A stretch of 64,000 bases of DNA from Nostoc sp. DedSLP01 (GCA_034530875.2 JAVRCJ020000003.1:96001-160000); one strand, 5' to 3'; positions 40,113 to 51,513 are shown, counted from the first letter of the stretch. Numbers and translations are program-made. The notes: a model not told the origin generated them from the letters alone.

Positions 40113-40483
40113 AATCTCCAAAGAAAAATAGTTTGCTGTCGTTGAGTTTGGTGGTTTGATTGTCTAAAAATATTAAAAGTAACTCAACGAAGCATACTTT
40201 TTTTCTATCTAAAATCATATTATTTTAACTATTTCTGTCTGAGTTACTTTTTCAAAGCAAGCAAACTATACATTTCAGATTTTAGTACCAAGCAAAGAAA
40301 TATTTTATTCAAAAATAAACCAATACTTGGTATTTTTATTAATCTGGGTAAATATCTCTTCAGCCTGTATAGGCAAGATTTTGCGGTTTTGACAGTTCTA
40401 GTTCTGTGTTTGAAGGAAATGAGGTAACTATAGCATAAGGAAATCAGTGGAACAAAAATTATCAAAATTAAGCTGATTACTAT

Positions 40484-41917
40484 ATGGGAAAAAACCGTAA
40501 ATTAATAAGTAATTCCTTTTCAATGATAGTTAATCGTTTAGCACAAAGCATTACAACCTTTGTGTTAACAACCTCTATTGCTCGCATATTAGGGGCTGAA
40601 GCCTTAGGTCAATATCTATTAGCATTTACCTACTACTTTATATTTGTAAGTATTGCATCACAAGGATTAAAAAATTTATTTACAAGAGAAATAGCCCGCG
40701 AACCCGAAAAAACACCACTTTATTTAGTCAGTGGAAGCTGGTTGCAGTTAATTTTCAGTTTCTTCAGTTATGTGGTTTTGGTAATTACAGTATTTTTACT
40801 ACCCTATACTTCGGAGACTTCAGCTGCTTGCTACATCATGGGTTTAACAATAATTCCCTTTTCGCTTTCCAATATTACTGAGGCAATTTTTCAAGCTAAA
40901 GAAAAAATGCATTTAATTGCCATTGCTACAGTTCCAGTGTATGTAATACGTTTATTCGTAATGCTCTGGGCAATGCAAAAAAATTATGGAATTGATTATC
41001 TTGCCGCAATTCTAGTTGTTTCAGAATCAATAATTCTCGGTATTGAATGGATTTTAGTTACAAAACTAGTAAAAACAAAATTACGGATTGATGGAAATTT
41101 TGTCTGGAGCACAATAAAAAATGCGCGTACATTTTTTGCTATTGAAGCGTTAGCTGTTGTCAATGGCAGAATTCAAATCTTGATTCTTTCATTACTAGGA
41201 AGCGAGTTTATAGTTGGTGTCTATGGTGGAATAACCCAATTGTTACAACCATTTTTTATTATTGCTAATAGTATTTGTATAGCAATGTTCCCGGGGTTAT
41301 CAAAGGCAGTCAGTGAAGGGCGAGAAACGCAACGAAAGATTATCTCAAATTGTATTGAAACATTATTAATTATAGCTTTACCTTTATCTGTAGGGTTAGT
41401 TTTTGTTGGTAAAAACTTACTAACTTTTATATATAATCCTAGCTTTGCTCAAGGAAGTTTAGCTTTGAGTATCATTGCTGTATCATTAATTTTTATGCCT
41501 TTCAATCAATCGTTATCTTACTTACTTGTAGCGAATGGTTTTGAAATCGTCAACTTGCGTCAAGTGGCTATTAACACTACTTTAGGAAGTTTGGCGGGTG
41601 TGATATTAGTTTCACAATATAATTTACTAGGCGCAGCAATAATGGCTTTTTTGATGAGCTTTATTGCCTTTATTCAGTATGTTTACTTCAGCTTTACTCT
41701 CGTATTTCCATTAAATTTATGGCGAATTATACGCTCTCCACTGCTACTTAGTATTTTGATGGCAGGTGTATTTATTATTTTAGAAAAAAGTCATTTAAAT
41801 TTTTTATTAACTATAGCGATCGCTACTTGTTGTTATATCCTATTTATTAACTTTTTGAGTATTCGTAATTTAGGCGGAATACATACTCTTAGAGAAAAAA
41901 TTTTAAAAAGATCATGA
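40484..41917 (+). CDS. wzx: Wzx-type oligosaccharide flippase
   Basis: IARILGAEALGQY, many transmembrane helices and GAAI; position in the cluster. Confidence 0.85.
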   Translation: MGKNRKLISNSFSMIVNRLAQSITTFVLTTSIARILGAEALGQYLLAFTYYFIFVSIASQGLKNLFTREIAREPEKTPLYLVSGSWLQLIFSFFSYVVLVITVFLLPYTSETSAACYIMGLTIIPFSLSNITEAIFQAKEKMHLIAIATVPVYVIRLFVMLWAMQKNYGIDYLAAILVVSESIILGIEWILVTKLVKTKLRIDGNFVWSTIKNARTFFAIEALAVVNGRIQILILSLLGSEFIVGVYGGITQLLQPFFIIANSICIAMFPGLSKAVSEGRETQRKIISNCIETLLIIALPLSVGLVFVGKNLLTFIYNPSFAQGSLALSIIAVSLIFMPFNQSLSYLLVANGFEIVNLRQVAINTTLGSLAGVILVSQYNLLGAAIMAFLMSFIAFIQYVYFSFTLVFPLNLWRIIRSPLLLSILMAGVFIILEKSHLNFLLTIAIATCCYILFINFLSIRNLGGIHTLREKILKRS

Positions 41918-41983
41918 AGATCAATCTGGCGATTGATATTGAAAATAGTGAATCTACAAAATTAAATTAGCTAAAGCAAAAAT

Positions 41984-43012
41984 ATGGAAGTTCTTCAAAC
42001 AGAAAAAACAACAACTCAAAATTTGGCAATAGCAGACCAAAGCAACCAGCCACTAGTCAGCGTCGTTATTCCTACACGCAACAGACCACAGATTGTCGTC
42101 AGAGGTGCTAAAAGCGCATTAAATCAAACCCTGCGATCGATTGAAGTGATTGTGATAGTAGATGGACCAGATGAGGAAACAGTTAATGCCCTATCTCAGA
42201 TAGGAGATCCTAGACTCAAAGTTATAGAATTACCAAAAAATATTGGTCCGTCAGGAGCTAGAAATACTGGGGTTAGAGAAGCGAAAGGCACTTGGATAGC
42301 CTTTTTAGATGATGACGATGAATGGCTCCCAGAAAAATTGCAACGTCAACTAGAACTAGCAAATAATTCCAAATGTGATTTTCCAGTTATCGCCAGTCGT
42401 TTCATTTCTCAGACTCCAAAAGGCGATTTTATTTGTCCAAGAAGGCTGCCTAACTTATCTGAACCTTTAAGTGAATATCTTTTTGTTCGTAACTCCTATT
42501 TTAAAGGAGAAGGGTGCATACAAACTTCGACTCTTTTCGTGAAAAAAGAGTTGATGGAAAAAATGCCTTTAGAAGAAAAATTTTACAGACACGAAGATTG
42601 GGAATGGTTGCTTCGAGTCAGCGCGATGGAAGGTGTACAAATAGAATTTGTACCTGAGGCTATGGCAATCTGGCATTCAGAAATGGGAATCAAGCGCTTA
42701 AGCAACGTTAACGACTGGAAATATTCCTTAGATTGGATTAGTTCAATTCGTAACTTAGTAACACCTAAGGCTTATTCAAGCTTCATTGCAACAATTGTCA
42801 GTCCTTCGGCGTCATTAGCACGTGATTGGAAAGCTTTCTTTCCTTTATTGTGGGAAATTATACGCTCAGGCAAACCTCGACCAATAGATATATGCTTATA
42901 TTTAACAATGTGGTTAATTCCTCAGAGTATCAGACAGCAAATTCGCTATCTTTTGAATAAGAAGCCGAAAACATCAAAAGCTGTTACCAAAGAAATGGAA
43001 ACTCTCAAGTAA
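41984..43012 (+). CDS. Glycosyltransferase family 2
   Basis: VSVVIPT, ARNTG, AFLDDDDEW and HEDW. Confidence 0.92.
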   Translation: MEVLQTEKTTTQNLAIADQSNQPLVSVVIPTRNRPQIVVRGAKSALNQTLRSIEVIVIVDGPDEETVNALSQIGDPRLKVIELPKNIGPSGARNTGVREAKGTWIAFLDDDDEWLPEKLQRQLELANNSKCDFPVIASRFISQTPKGDFICPRRLPNLSEPLSEYLFVRNSYFKGEGCIQTSTLFVKKELMEKMPLEEKFYRHEDWEWLLRVSAMEGVQIEFVPEAMAIWHSEMGIKRLSNVNDWKYSLDWISSIRNLVTPKAYSSFIATIVSPSASLARDWKAFFPLLWEIIRSGKPRPIDICLYLTMWLIPQSIRQQIRYLLNKKPKTSKAVTKEMETLK

Positions 43013-43412
43013 ATGCATTGGCTAAAATACTGCGGTATATCATAGGTTGGGTTGTAACTTGCTGCCATGAAGTAGTAGAAAATACAACCTAACAGACGAC
43101 ACAAGATGTTGAGTTGGTTTCTCAGATCGACCTCAGGAAGTTTAATTTTTAGTCTTAACTTCATCGTATTAAGCGATAATAGTGATAAAATTTATCATTT
43201 TATCTGTTAGACTACTGGTATCAAGCGAATCCAAAATTTACACAGTCAGAAATTATGCTTGGATAATTTGCACAATTATCACCAATAGCAAAAGTTTTAT
43301 GCTTCAACTTCAATCTATTTGAGCTAAGACTACAGTTACCAAAATCAACTTTCTGCATTTCTGCATTATTTAATTTATTTCTTGATTTACAGGATGAAGC
43401 ATATTATAAAAA

Positions 43413-44681
43413 ATGAGAAAAATTTTAATTTCTGCTGAAGAATTCCTCACAGTTATTTGCTTACTGATTTATGCAGGAACTCCATTAGACCCATTTTTGA
43501 CTGATGGTTATAGCGTACAAGAAGGTGATAGAACCATATTTCGAGTGTTTTTCACTTGTACATATTTATTGAGTACTTTATTAATTACTCTGCGCTGGAA
43601 GAAGGTTATTTCTGTTATTAGCAGAGAGAAACTTATTTGGCTATTACTTGGAGTTTGTGCGCTTTCTGCTATCTGGTCTTTAGATCCAGACACTACCATA
43701 CGTCGAGTTTTTGGCCTTATAGGAACAACGTTGTTTGGGGTTTATCTCGCTTCACGCTACACCTTAAAGGAACAACTGAAGTTATGTGCCTATATGTTTG
43801 CTATCTCAGGAATAGCGTGTTTACTAGTTGGTGTTTTAGTACCAAAATATGGCATTGGAGGAGAGGAATCTGCAACAGCTTGGCGAGGAATATATCCGCA
43901 AAAAAATGTTCTTGGTAAGAGGTTTGTACTTGGTGGAGCAACATTTTTGTTCCTGGCTATGACTACTCAAAAAAACCGTTGGCATTATTGGATTGGCTAT
44001 ATTCTTTCTGGGATACTTATAGTCTTATCAAGCTCAACAACATCTTTAGCGAATTTATTCGTCATTACAGCAAGTTTTCCTATATATCAACGAATTTTAC
44101 GCTTTAGGTATACAACAATGATACCTATATTGACGTTTATAGGAACTTTAAGCTTAGTTTTTTATGCCTGGTTTGTAACTTATGCCGATCAAATTTTGGG
44201 AAGCGTAGGTAAAGATACAACGCTTACTGGACGGGCAGAGCTATGGCCTGTTGTATTTGAGATGATTGAGAAAAAACCGTGGTTAGGATATGGCTATGGA
44301 GCATTTTGGCAAGGTTCTGATACTTCGGCTGCTAATTACGTACAAATGTCGATAGGATGGCCGGCTCCTACTGCTCACAATGGATTTCTAGATCTGTGGC
44401 TAGGTGTGGGTCTATTAGGACTCTTGGTTTTTTTCGCAGGTTTTGTAATTAATTTATCTAGAGCAATATATTTCATTCGCTTGAATAAAGCACATGAAAA
44501 TCAAGTGTGGTTATTAATTTATTTAACTTTTATAATTTTGGCTAATTTAACTGAAACTACATTAATAGAGCAAAATAGTATTGAATGGATACTTTATGTA
44601 TCAGCAATATTAACAAGTAAACTACCTACACATCCTAAGTTTGAGAAATACAATAAAAGGCTTAATGTACAGTTGGATTAA
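43413..44681 (+). CDS. wzy: Wzy polymerase / O-antigen ligase family
   Basis: WRGIYPQKN, TLTGRAELW, KPWLGYG and AHNGFL. Confidence 0.8.
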   Translation: MRKILISAEEFLTVICLLIYAGTPLDPFLTDGYSVQEGDRTIFRVFFTCTYLLSTLLITLRWKKVISVISREKLIWLLLGVCALSAIWSLDPDTTIRRVFGLIGTTLFGVYLASRYTLKEQLKLCAYMFAISGIACLLVGVLVPKYGIGGEESATAWRGIYPQKNVLGKRFVLGGATFLFLAMTTQKNRWHYWIGYILSGILIVLSSSTTSLANLFVITASFPIYQRILRFRYTTMIPILTFIGTLSLVFYAWFVTYADQILGSVGKDTTLTGRAELWPVVFEMIEKKPWLGYGYGAFWQGSDTSAANYVQMSIGWPAPTAHNGFLDLWLGVGLLGLLVFFAGFVINLSRAIYFIRLNKAHENQVWLLIYLTFIILANLTETTLIEQNSIEWILYVSAILTSKLPTHPKFEKYNKRLNVQLD

Positions 44682-44888
44682 GTTGCTATTGGTTCGCGAA
44701 AATTCCAAGATTCAAACACTTTGGTTTAGACAGACCCAATTGCAGTAAAAATGTCTCAATTAAAATATATACATCTATTGTTTTGTTCAAATTTTTAGCT
44801 ACAAATTTTGATAAAAAATAATTTATGAGTGTTGAGTTAATCGATTAACAGAAAATGATGACTTTTTGCACAATTCAAGATAAAGCTG

Positions 44889-45989
44889 ATGTCTGAAACC
44901 AATACTATCAAAATTATAATGTTAGGCCCTAGCTTACTTCAGCAGGGTGGAATTTCTGGTTACGAGAAGCTTTTTTTGGAATATGCTCCTTCTGAAGTCA
45001 AAATATCTCATATTCTTACTCACGAAGAAGGATCCGTAGCAATCAAAATCATGGTATTTTTGAAAGCTATATGGAAGTTTGTGTGGATATTGGTAACCGA
45101 GGAAGTTGATATTGTTCAACTTCAGATTTCGCAGCGTGGTAGTGTTTTACGACAAGCTATTATGACATTTCTAGCTTGGCTATTCCATAAGCGAATCATA
45201 ATACACGCTCATGGAAGTCAATTTCATCTGTTCTACGCTGGTCTAAGAAAATCAATACAGCAGTTGCTAAGTTGGATATTTGGCAAGTGCCAAAAGTTAA
45301 TTGTCTTGTCAGAAAGTTGGAAAAGCTTTTATATAGAAAACCTGGGACTCAAACCAGAACAAGTTGTAGTTTTTTACAATCCAGTAAAAGTTCCTGTCGA
45401 AGTTCCACATCGTTCTGTATCTGAGAAAGTTAACTTACTTTTTTTAGGACGAATTGGACAACGTAAAGGAGCATTTGATTTGATTGAAGCCTTTTCTCTT
45501 CTGCCTATTGAATATAAAAATAGAGCGAGTTTGATTATGGCAGGAGACGGGGATTTAGAACAAGCACGGAATTTAGTTAAAACTCTAAATCTTGATAATT
45601 ATATCAAGCTACCTGGTTGGATAGGAACTAACGAACGTGATATTCTTCTATCTCAAGCAGATGTATTTGTTTTGCCTTCTTACAATGAAGGTCTTCCATT
45701 AGCAATCTTAGAAGCAATGGCTTGGGAGCTACCAGTGATAGTTACACCAGTGGGAGGTATACCTGAGATAGTTACTCAATCTGAAAACGGATTAATCGTT
45801 AACCCAGGTAATATTGAAGAATTATCAAATGCTCTTAAGTCATTGATTGAAAATGACACTTTGAGGCTTTCTCTAGGAGAAAAGGCAAGAATAACTGTTT
45901 TTCCTTTAGATATTAAAAAACATTGGGTTGGTTTTATGGATCTATATCACTCAGTGTTGAATTACGATCCTAGAGAAGAAAACTCTTAG
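44889..45989 (+). CDS. Glycosyltransferase family 4
   Basis: FLGRIGQRKG and LPSYNEGLPLAILEAMA. Confidence 0.9.
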   Translation: MSETNTIKIIMLGPSLLQQGGISGYEKLFLEYAPSEVKISHILTHEEGSVAIKIMVFLKAIWKFVWILVTEEVDIVQLQISQRGSVLRQAIMTFLAWLFHKRIIIHAHGSQFHLFYAGLRKSIQQLLSWIFGKCQKLIVLSESWKSFYIENLGLKPEQVVVFYNPVKVPVEVPHRSVSEKVNLLFLGRIGQRKGAFDLIEAFSLLPIEYKNRASLIMAGDGDLEQARNLVKTLNLDNYIKLPGWIGTNERDILLSQADVFVLPSYNEGLPLAILEAMAWELPVIVTPVGGIPEIVTQSENGLIVNPGNIEELSNALKSLIENDTLRLSLGEKARITVFPLDIKKHWVGFMDLYHSVLNYDPREENS

Positions 45990-46031
45990 GCTTAGATGTT
46001 TTGTACTGTATGAAACAATAACAACATAGAT

Positions 46032-47333
46032 ATGAAAATTAGCATTTTTGGTTTGGGATATGTCGGTGCAGTAACAGCAGCTTGCTTGGCACGAGATGGA
46101 CATGAAGTAATTGGGGTAGATGTCAATCCCGACAAAGTAGATTTAATCGCTAAGGGAGAGTCGCCTATTGTAGAGCCAGGGCTGAGTCAGTTGCTATTAG
46201 ACGGAGTGGCAGCTAACTTAATTACAGCTACTACAAATACTGAAGCGGCAGTACTAGCATCAGATGTTTCACTGATTAGCGTTGGTACGCCCTCAATAGA
46301 AAGGGGAGAACCCGATCTAACTTATGTGTGGAATGTGTGCAAGCAAATTGGTAAAGCCGCTAGCCAAAAGAATGGAAGCCATGTAGTTGTCTTGCGTAGC
46401 ACCGTTCCCCCAGGAACATTAGAAAAATGCCAAAATCTGCTAGAAAGTATTACAGGTGATAGTTCTATTCATCTGGCATTTAATCCAGAGTTTTTACGCG
46501 AAGGTACGGCGATCAAAGATTACGATCTACCACCTTATACGATTATCGGTACTGAATCTCCTGTGGCAGAAGCAGCAGTGCGGCAGATGTACTCCAGTGT
46601 CGATGCACCGTTCATTGTAGTCCAGCCAGCTGTGGCAGAAATGGTGAAATATGTGGCTAACTGCTGGCACGCTGCTAAGGTGGGCTTTGCTAATGAAATC
46701 GGACGGGTTGCCAAAGCTTTTGGCGTCGATGGGCGAGAAGTAATGAACATAATTGTCCAGGACACGAAATTAAATATTTCCCCTGTTTACATGCGTCCTG
46801 GATTTGCTTACGGTGGTTCCTGTCTGCCCAAAGATTTGGGTTCTTTGCTTTACCACGCACGGAATATGGATGTACCAGTTCCTCTACTAAATGCCCTTCC
46901 AACTACTAACACTCTGCAAGTTGATTTAGCTGCCCAACAGGTGTTACGTCTTGGAGTTAGAGATATTGCCCTCTTGGGATTGGCATTCAAACCAGGTACA
47001 GATGATTTAAGAGAAAGTCCAGCAGTGCTACTGGTCAAGCGGTTGATTGGGGAAGGCTGCCAGGTGAAAATTTATGACCCGGCTGTGTATCAGGCTCGAC
47101 TGATGGGAACTAACCTTGCCTATATCCAGAGTAACCTCCCCCACTTTGAAGCCTTGCTAGTACCTAATTCTCAAGAAGCTTTGGAAGGAGCAGAACTGGC
47201 AGTGGTTACTCACGCTACACCAGAGTTTCGCCAAGTGCTACTAGAAGCGCCCAAAGAAATGCAAATTTTGGATTTAGCTGGAGTCTTTAATCAAACATCT
47301 AAGGAGTCAAGTTATCATGGCATCGCGTGGTAG
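46032..47333 (+). CDS. Nucleotide-sugar dehydrogenase, GDP-mannose 6-dehydrogenase (AlgD)-like
   Basis: MKISIFGLGYVGAV, SPIVEPGL, NPEFLRE.TAIKDY, YMRPGFAYGGSCLPKD, TDDLRESP and C-terminal GIAW. Confidence 0.85.
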   Translation: MKISIFGLGYVGAVTAACLARDGHEVIGVDVNPDKVDLIAKGESPIVEPGLSQLLLDGVAANLITATTNTEAAVLASDVSLISVGTPSIERGEPDLTYVWNVCKQIGKAASQKNGSHVVVLRSTVPPGTLEKCQNLLESITGDSSIHLAFNPEFLREGTAIKDYDLPPYTIIGTESPVAEAAVRQMYSSVDAPFIVVQPAVAEMVKYVANCWHAAKVGFANEIGRVAKAFGVDGREVMNIIVQDTKLNISPVYMRPGFAYGGSCLPKDLGSLLYHARNMDVPVPLLNALPTTNTLQVDLAAQQVLRLGVRDIALLGLAFKPGTDDLRESPAVLLVKRLIGEGCQVKIYDPAVYQARLMGTNLAYIQSNLPHFEALLVPNSQEALEGAELAVVTHATPEFRQVLLEAPKEMQILDLAGVFNQTSKESSYHGIAW

Positions 47334-48552
47334 GGTACTGATTATTGTTGAGAATCTCCCGCTTCCTTTCGATCGCCGTGTATGGATGGAATCCAATACT
47401 CTGATCAAAGCTGGGTATGAAGTTTCGGTAATTTGCCCCAAGGGTAAAGGGTTTGAAGAAGAATACGAAGTAATTGATGGCGTTCACATTTATCGCCATC
47501 CAATGCCGCCAGATATTAGTTCGGTTTCAGGTTATCTCAAGGAGTACGCTACAGCACTATATTGGGAGTTTCGCCTTGCTCATCGGGTGTGGAAAGAAAG
47601 GGGTTTTGATATAGTCCACATTTGCAATCCTCCAGATTTACTATTTTTAGTGGCCGGATGGTTCAAATTATTCAAAGGTGTAAAAGTCATATTTGACCAT
47701 CATGATATCAATCTGGAGATGTACGAGGCTAAATATGGACGAAGAGATATCTTCTACTATGGACTGGCCTTAGTCGAACGATTGACCTTTGCAACAGCAG
47801 ACGTAGTTATTTCTACTAATGAGTCTTATCTATCGGTAGCCCTCACCCGCGGACGCAAGAATCCAGAGGATGTCTTTGTTGTTCGTAGCGGCCCCGATCT
47901 TTCTCGCTTCCAACCCGTACCGCCTAACCCGGTTTATCGTCGGGGTCGCAAGTATTTGGTCGGGTATGTTGGTGTTATGGGAGAACCAGAGGGAATCGAT
48001 TATCTCCTGCAATCAGTGCGGTACATTGTTTATGAAAAGAAGCGCACCGACATTCAATTTATGCTTATCGGTAGCGGGCCAATGTTTGAGAAGCTGCAAG
48101 CATTATCTCAAGAATTAGAAGTTAATGAATTTGTAGAATTTACGGGGCGTATTCCTGATGGCGAACTTCTAGAAAGACTTTCCAGTTGCGATGTCTGTGC
48201 CAACCCCGATAAAAAAATGCCCTACAACGACCGTTCGACCATGAACAAGATCATGGAGTACATGGCAATGGGAAAACCCATTGTTCAGTTTGACCTTTTG
48301 GAAGGAAGGCGATCGGCAGAAGGAGCATCTGTTTATGCTAAAGGCAACGACGTGGTGGATTTTGCCGAAAAGATGATTGAACTTCTAGAGGATAGCGAAC
48401 GGCGACAGCAAATGGGAGAGTTAGGTAGGCAAAGAATGGTGGACAAACTAGAATGGCGACATCAAGTTCCTAAGTTGTTAGAAGCTTATAACAAAGTTTG
48501 GCAGCGTAAGAAAGAGCCTAAACTTGAATCTAGTAAGCAACTTCAACAGTAA
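47317..48552 (+). CDS. Glycosyltransferase family 4; overlaps the dehydrogenase by 17 nt
   Basis: VENLPLPFDRRVW, FDHHD and KIMEYMAMGKP. Confidence 0.9.
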   Translation: MASRGRVLIIVENLPLPFDRRVWMESNTLIKAGYEVSVICPKGKGFEEEYEVIDGVHIYRHPMPPDISSVSGYLKEYATALYWEFRLAHRVWKERGFDIVHICNPPDLLFLVAGWFKLFKGVKVIFDHHDINLEMYEAKYGRRDIFYYGLALVERLTFATADVVISTNESYLSVALTRGRKNPEDVFVVRSGPDLSRFQPVPPNPVYRRGRKYLVGYVGVMGEPEGIDYLLQSVRYIVYEKKRTDIQFMLIGSGPMFEKLQALSQELEVNEFVEFTGRIPDGELLERLSSCDVCANPDKKMPYNDRSTMNKIMEYMAMGKPIVQFDLLEGRRSAEGASVYAKGNDVVDFAEKMIELLEDSERRQQMGELGRQRMVDKLEWRHQVPKLLEAYNKVWQRKKEPKLESSKQLQQ

Positions 48553-49026
48553 CAATGAAAAATCTTTAAAAAAATGTGCTGCTGCTAAAAAAATAATTTA
48601 TTGTGCGGCAGCTCAACATGAATTATTTTCTACTTTTTGCTTATAAATAAAGCCCTGATAGCTGTTGCGACCATAACAATTAAGCGATCGCTCTACTCCC
48701 TTGCTTAATGTTACAACCATAGTGATAATGCTACACTAAGGGCTTATACCACTCAATGTGTAACAGCAAGCCAAACAAGCATCAAATAGTATCATCTCTG
48801 CTTTCAATAACTCTACTAAATACGAATAAATATTTGCTTGAGATGGATCAAACCAAAGCCTGTAGACGATTTCAGCGCTTTGTAACTTAGATAGTATATA
48901 CTATATGTCATATTGTAAAATACCAGTAGTTTTATTTATAGTCGTGCTTTCTACCTACTCAATTATCTAGTTACTACATAGATCGATATTGAATTTCTCG
49001 CTGAAAACCTGCACCTTTGAATATTT

Positions 49027-51258
49027 ATGTCAGAAAAATCTATGGAATCTAGAGAATCTATTGATTTAGACCTCAGTCGTTACTTATCGATGTTGAAAAG
49101 GTGGTGGCTACCTGCCACCACTATATTTGTAGCTACAGTTATGCTCAGTGTAGTGGCTACAAGGTTTATGAAGCCATCCTATGAAGCAGAAGGAAAACTA
49201 TTATTCAAGATTCCCTCTTTTAAGGTAGTAGGATCTAATCTTTTGCCAACAAGCACAGAAGGAGGAGGTACAGGAGATCTCAAATCCCTGATAGCATCTC
49301 AAAACCCTATAAATACACAGATAGAAGTTATTTCTTCTCCTGCTTTATTGCAGAAGACCATAGATAAATTACAACTCAAAGATTCAGAAGGGCAACCTCT
49401 GACAGTCAAAACTTTACAAAAATCGCTGGTATTAAAAATTGTTGGTGGCACGGACGTATTAAGAATTACTTACTCCAGCCTTGACCCTGAAGAAGCTGCC
49501 GCAGTAGTCAACACTGTGATGAATGCTTATCTAGAAAACGATATTCTCACAAATCGTTCAGAAGCAGCGGCAACTCGTCAATTTATTGCAAGACAAATTC
49601 CGAAAACTCAAGAGGCTGTTGATAAAGCAGAGCGAGAGTTACGTATTTTCAAACAAAAGAACCGAATTGCAGATCTATCAGAAGAAACAAAGTCAGCCGT
49701 TGGAATTATTGGCAATTTAAATAACGAAATTAACACAGTTCAAGCTCAATTAGATGAAGTCAACGCTCAAACCAACGAACTGCGGCAGAAAGTAAATTTA
49801 AGTTCTCAAAACGCTCTGGCTGTCAGTGCCTTAAGTCAGTCACCTGCTGTACAGGGAATCCTGGCACAACTTCAAGATATTGACCGACAGTTAGCCAGCG
49901 AGCGTAGCCGTTTCCAAGATAATAACCCAACAATTATTAGTCTAGAGGAAAAAAAAGCTAACTTAAGAGCTTTGCTACAGCAGCAAATTTCCCAGACTGT
50001 TGGGAACAACGCACAAGTTCCTCAGAATTTATTGCAGATTGGAGAACTCAGACAAAACCTGATCCAAAATTTTCTGCAATCAGAAGTGCAACGCTTTGGC
50101 TTAAGTCAAAGACTCGCTTCTTTGTATAATTCTCGCACTAACTACGAACAGCGCGTCAAAGTCATACCGCAATTAGTACAAAATCAGCGCGAATTAGAAC
50201 GGAAAGTTGAAGTTGCAGAATCAACATATCAAGGTTTATTGAGAAAAGTTCAAGAATTACAGTTAGTTGAGAATACAAATACAGCCAGTTCCCGAATTAT
50301 TGCTCAGGCTTTAGTACCCAGCGATCCGGTAACAGGCAAAAAAATTATTGTCTTGCTCTTAGGAGTAATGGCCGGTTTATTTTTGGCTACTACAACTGTT
50401 CTCATCTTAGGTATGAGAGATAGATCTATCAAAACACTCAAAGAAGTTAGAGAAATCTTTAAACATACCTTGCTGGGAATTATTCCTTTATCTGTTAAAA
50501 AGGTTCGTTCTCGTTATTCAAGTACAGAATCAATAGCTCAAACAGTTGCTGTCCGAGATATGCCTCACTCGCTAACAAGTGAGATGTATCGGATGATTCA
50601 AGCAAATCTCAAATTCTTGAGTTCTGATAAAGTACTAAAAACAATTGTAGTAACAAGCTCGGTTCCTAAAGAAGGTAAGTCTACAGTTTCGGCTAATTTG
50701 GCAGCAGCGATCGCTCAGCTAGGACGTAAAGTTTTACTAATTGATGCAGATATGCGAGTTCCTTCTCAGCATCATCTGTGGCAGCTTACTAATGCAGTTG
50801 GTTTAAGTGAGGTTCTTGTAGGCCAAGCAGAATTTACCACAGCTGTATCTAAAGCTATGGATAACCTTGATGTCTTAACTGCTGGAGTTAGACCTCCTAA
50901 CCCACTTGCTTTGCTTGACTCTAAACGCATGGCATCATTAATTGATAGTTTCTCATCTAAATATGACTACGATTTTGTAATTATCGATGCTCCACCCTTG
51001 CTTCTAGCGGCTGATGCTCTAACTTTAAGCCAAATGACCGATGGGATTTTATTAGTAGCAAGACCAGGGGTAATAGATTCTAACAGTGCTAATGCTACTC
51101 AAGAAATGTTAGAAAGATCCAACTATAATGTCTTAGGTTTAGTTGTCAATGGAATCATTGATAAAAACGAATCAAGCACATATCTATATCATGGTCACGA
51201 ATATTTTCAGCCAAAAGAGTTGAAAAAAGAGTTAAAGGGACTTGTGAGAAAAAAATAA
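49027..51258 (+). CDS. wzc: Polysaccharide co-polymerase / tyrosine autokinase (Wzc/GumC)
   Basis: Two transmembrane helices flank a coiled coil; Walker A PKEGKST, LIDADMR, IIDAPP and a Tyr-containing tail. Confidence 0.92.
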   Translation: MSEKSMESRESIDLDLSRYLSMLKRWWLPATTIFVATVMLSVVATRFMKPSYEAEGKLLFKIPSFKVVGSNLLPTSTEGGGTGDLKSLIASQNPINTQIEVISSPALLQKTIDKLQLKDSEGQPLTVKTLQKSLVLKIVGGTDVLRITYSSLDPEEAAAVVNTVMNAYLENDILTNRSEAAATRQFIARQIPKTQEAVDKAERELRIFKQKNRIADLSEETKSAVGIIGNLNNEINTVQAQLDEVNAQTNELRQKVNLSSQNALAVSALSQSPAVQGILAQLQDIDRQLASERSRFQDNNPTIISLEEKKANLRALLQQQISQTVGNNAQVPQNLLQIGELRQNLIQNFLQSEVQRFGLSQRLASLYNSRTNYEQRVKVIPQLVQNQRELERKVEVAESTYQGLLRKVQELQLVENTNTASSRIIAQALVPSDPVTGKKIIVLLLGVMAGLFLATTTVLILGMRDRSIKTLKEVREIFKHTLLGIIPLSVKKVRSRYSSTESIAQTVAVRDMPHSLTSEMYRMIQANLKFLSSDKVLKTIVVTSSVPKEGKSTVSANLAAAIAQLGRKVLLIDADMRVPSQHHLWQLTNAVGLSEVLVGQAEFTTAVSKAMDNLDVLTAGVRPPNPLALLDSKRMASLIDSFSSKYDYDFVIIDAPPLLLAADALTLSQMTDGILLVARPGVIDSNSANATQEMLERSNYNVLGLVVNGIIDKNESSTYLYHGHEYFQPKELKKELKGLVRKK

Positions 51259-51347
51259 AACTTTCATAGTTATGTTGGTTCTACCAACCCCTCGATCGCA
51301 ATTCAAGTCTCATTAAGCTCAAAGCCTTCTACAGCAAAATTAATTTT

Positions 51348-51374
51348 AGCGGAGCATAGAAAGCTCCGCTTTTA
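51348..51374 (+). terminator. Intrinsic terminator after wzc
   Basis: AGCGGAGC-N7-GCTCCGCT followed by TTT. Confidence 0.7.
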
Positions 51375-51513
51375 TATAAGGTTTAATAAGTTCAATAAAT
51401 TAAGGCGATCGCACTGCAAAGATAGTGCTTTTGAGGTTGGTTTAGGAATTTTCAATTAAAAAAAGCGTTGCTTCTAAGGGCGCAACACTTTCTTTATGCC
51501 TCTACTATAAAAA

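Noticed and set aside
46032..47333. Calling the locus an alginate operon
   Set aside because: No synthase-dependent components (Alg8/Alg44/AlgK/AlgE porin); the architecture is Wzx/Wzy/Wzc.
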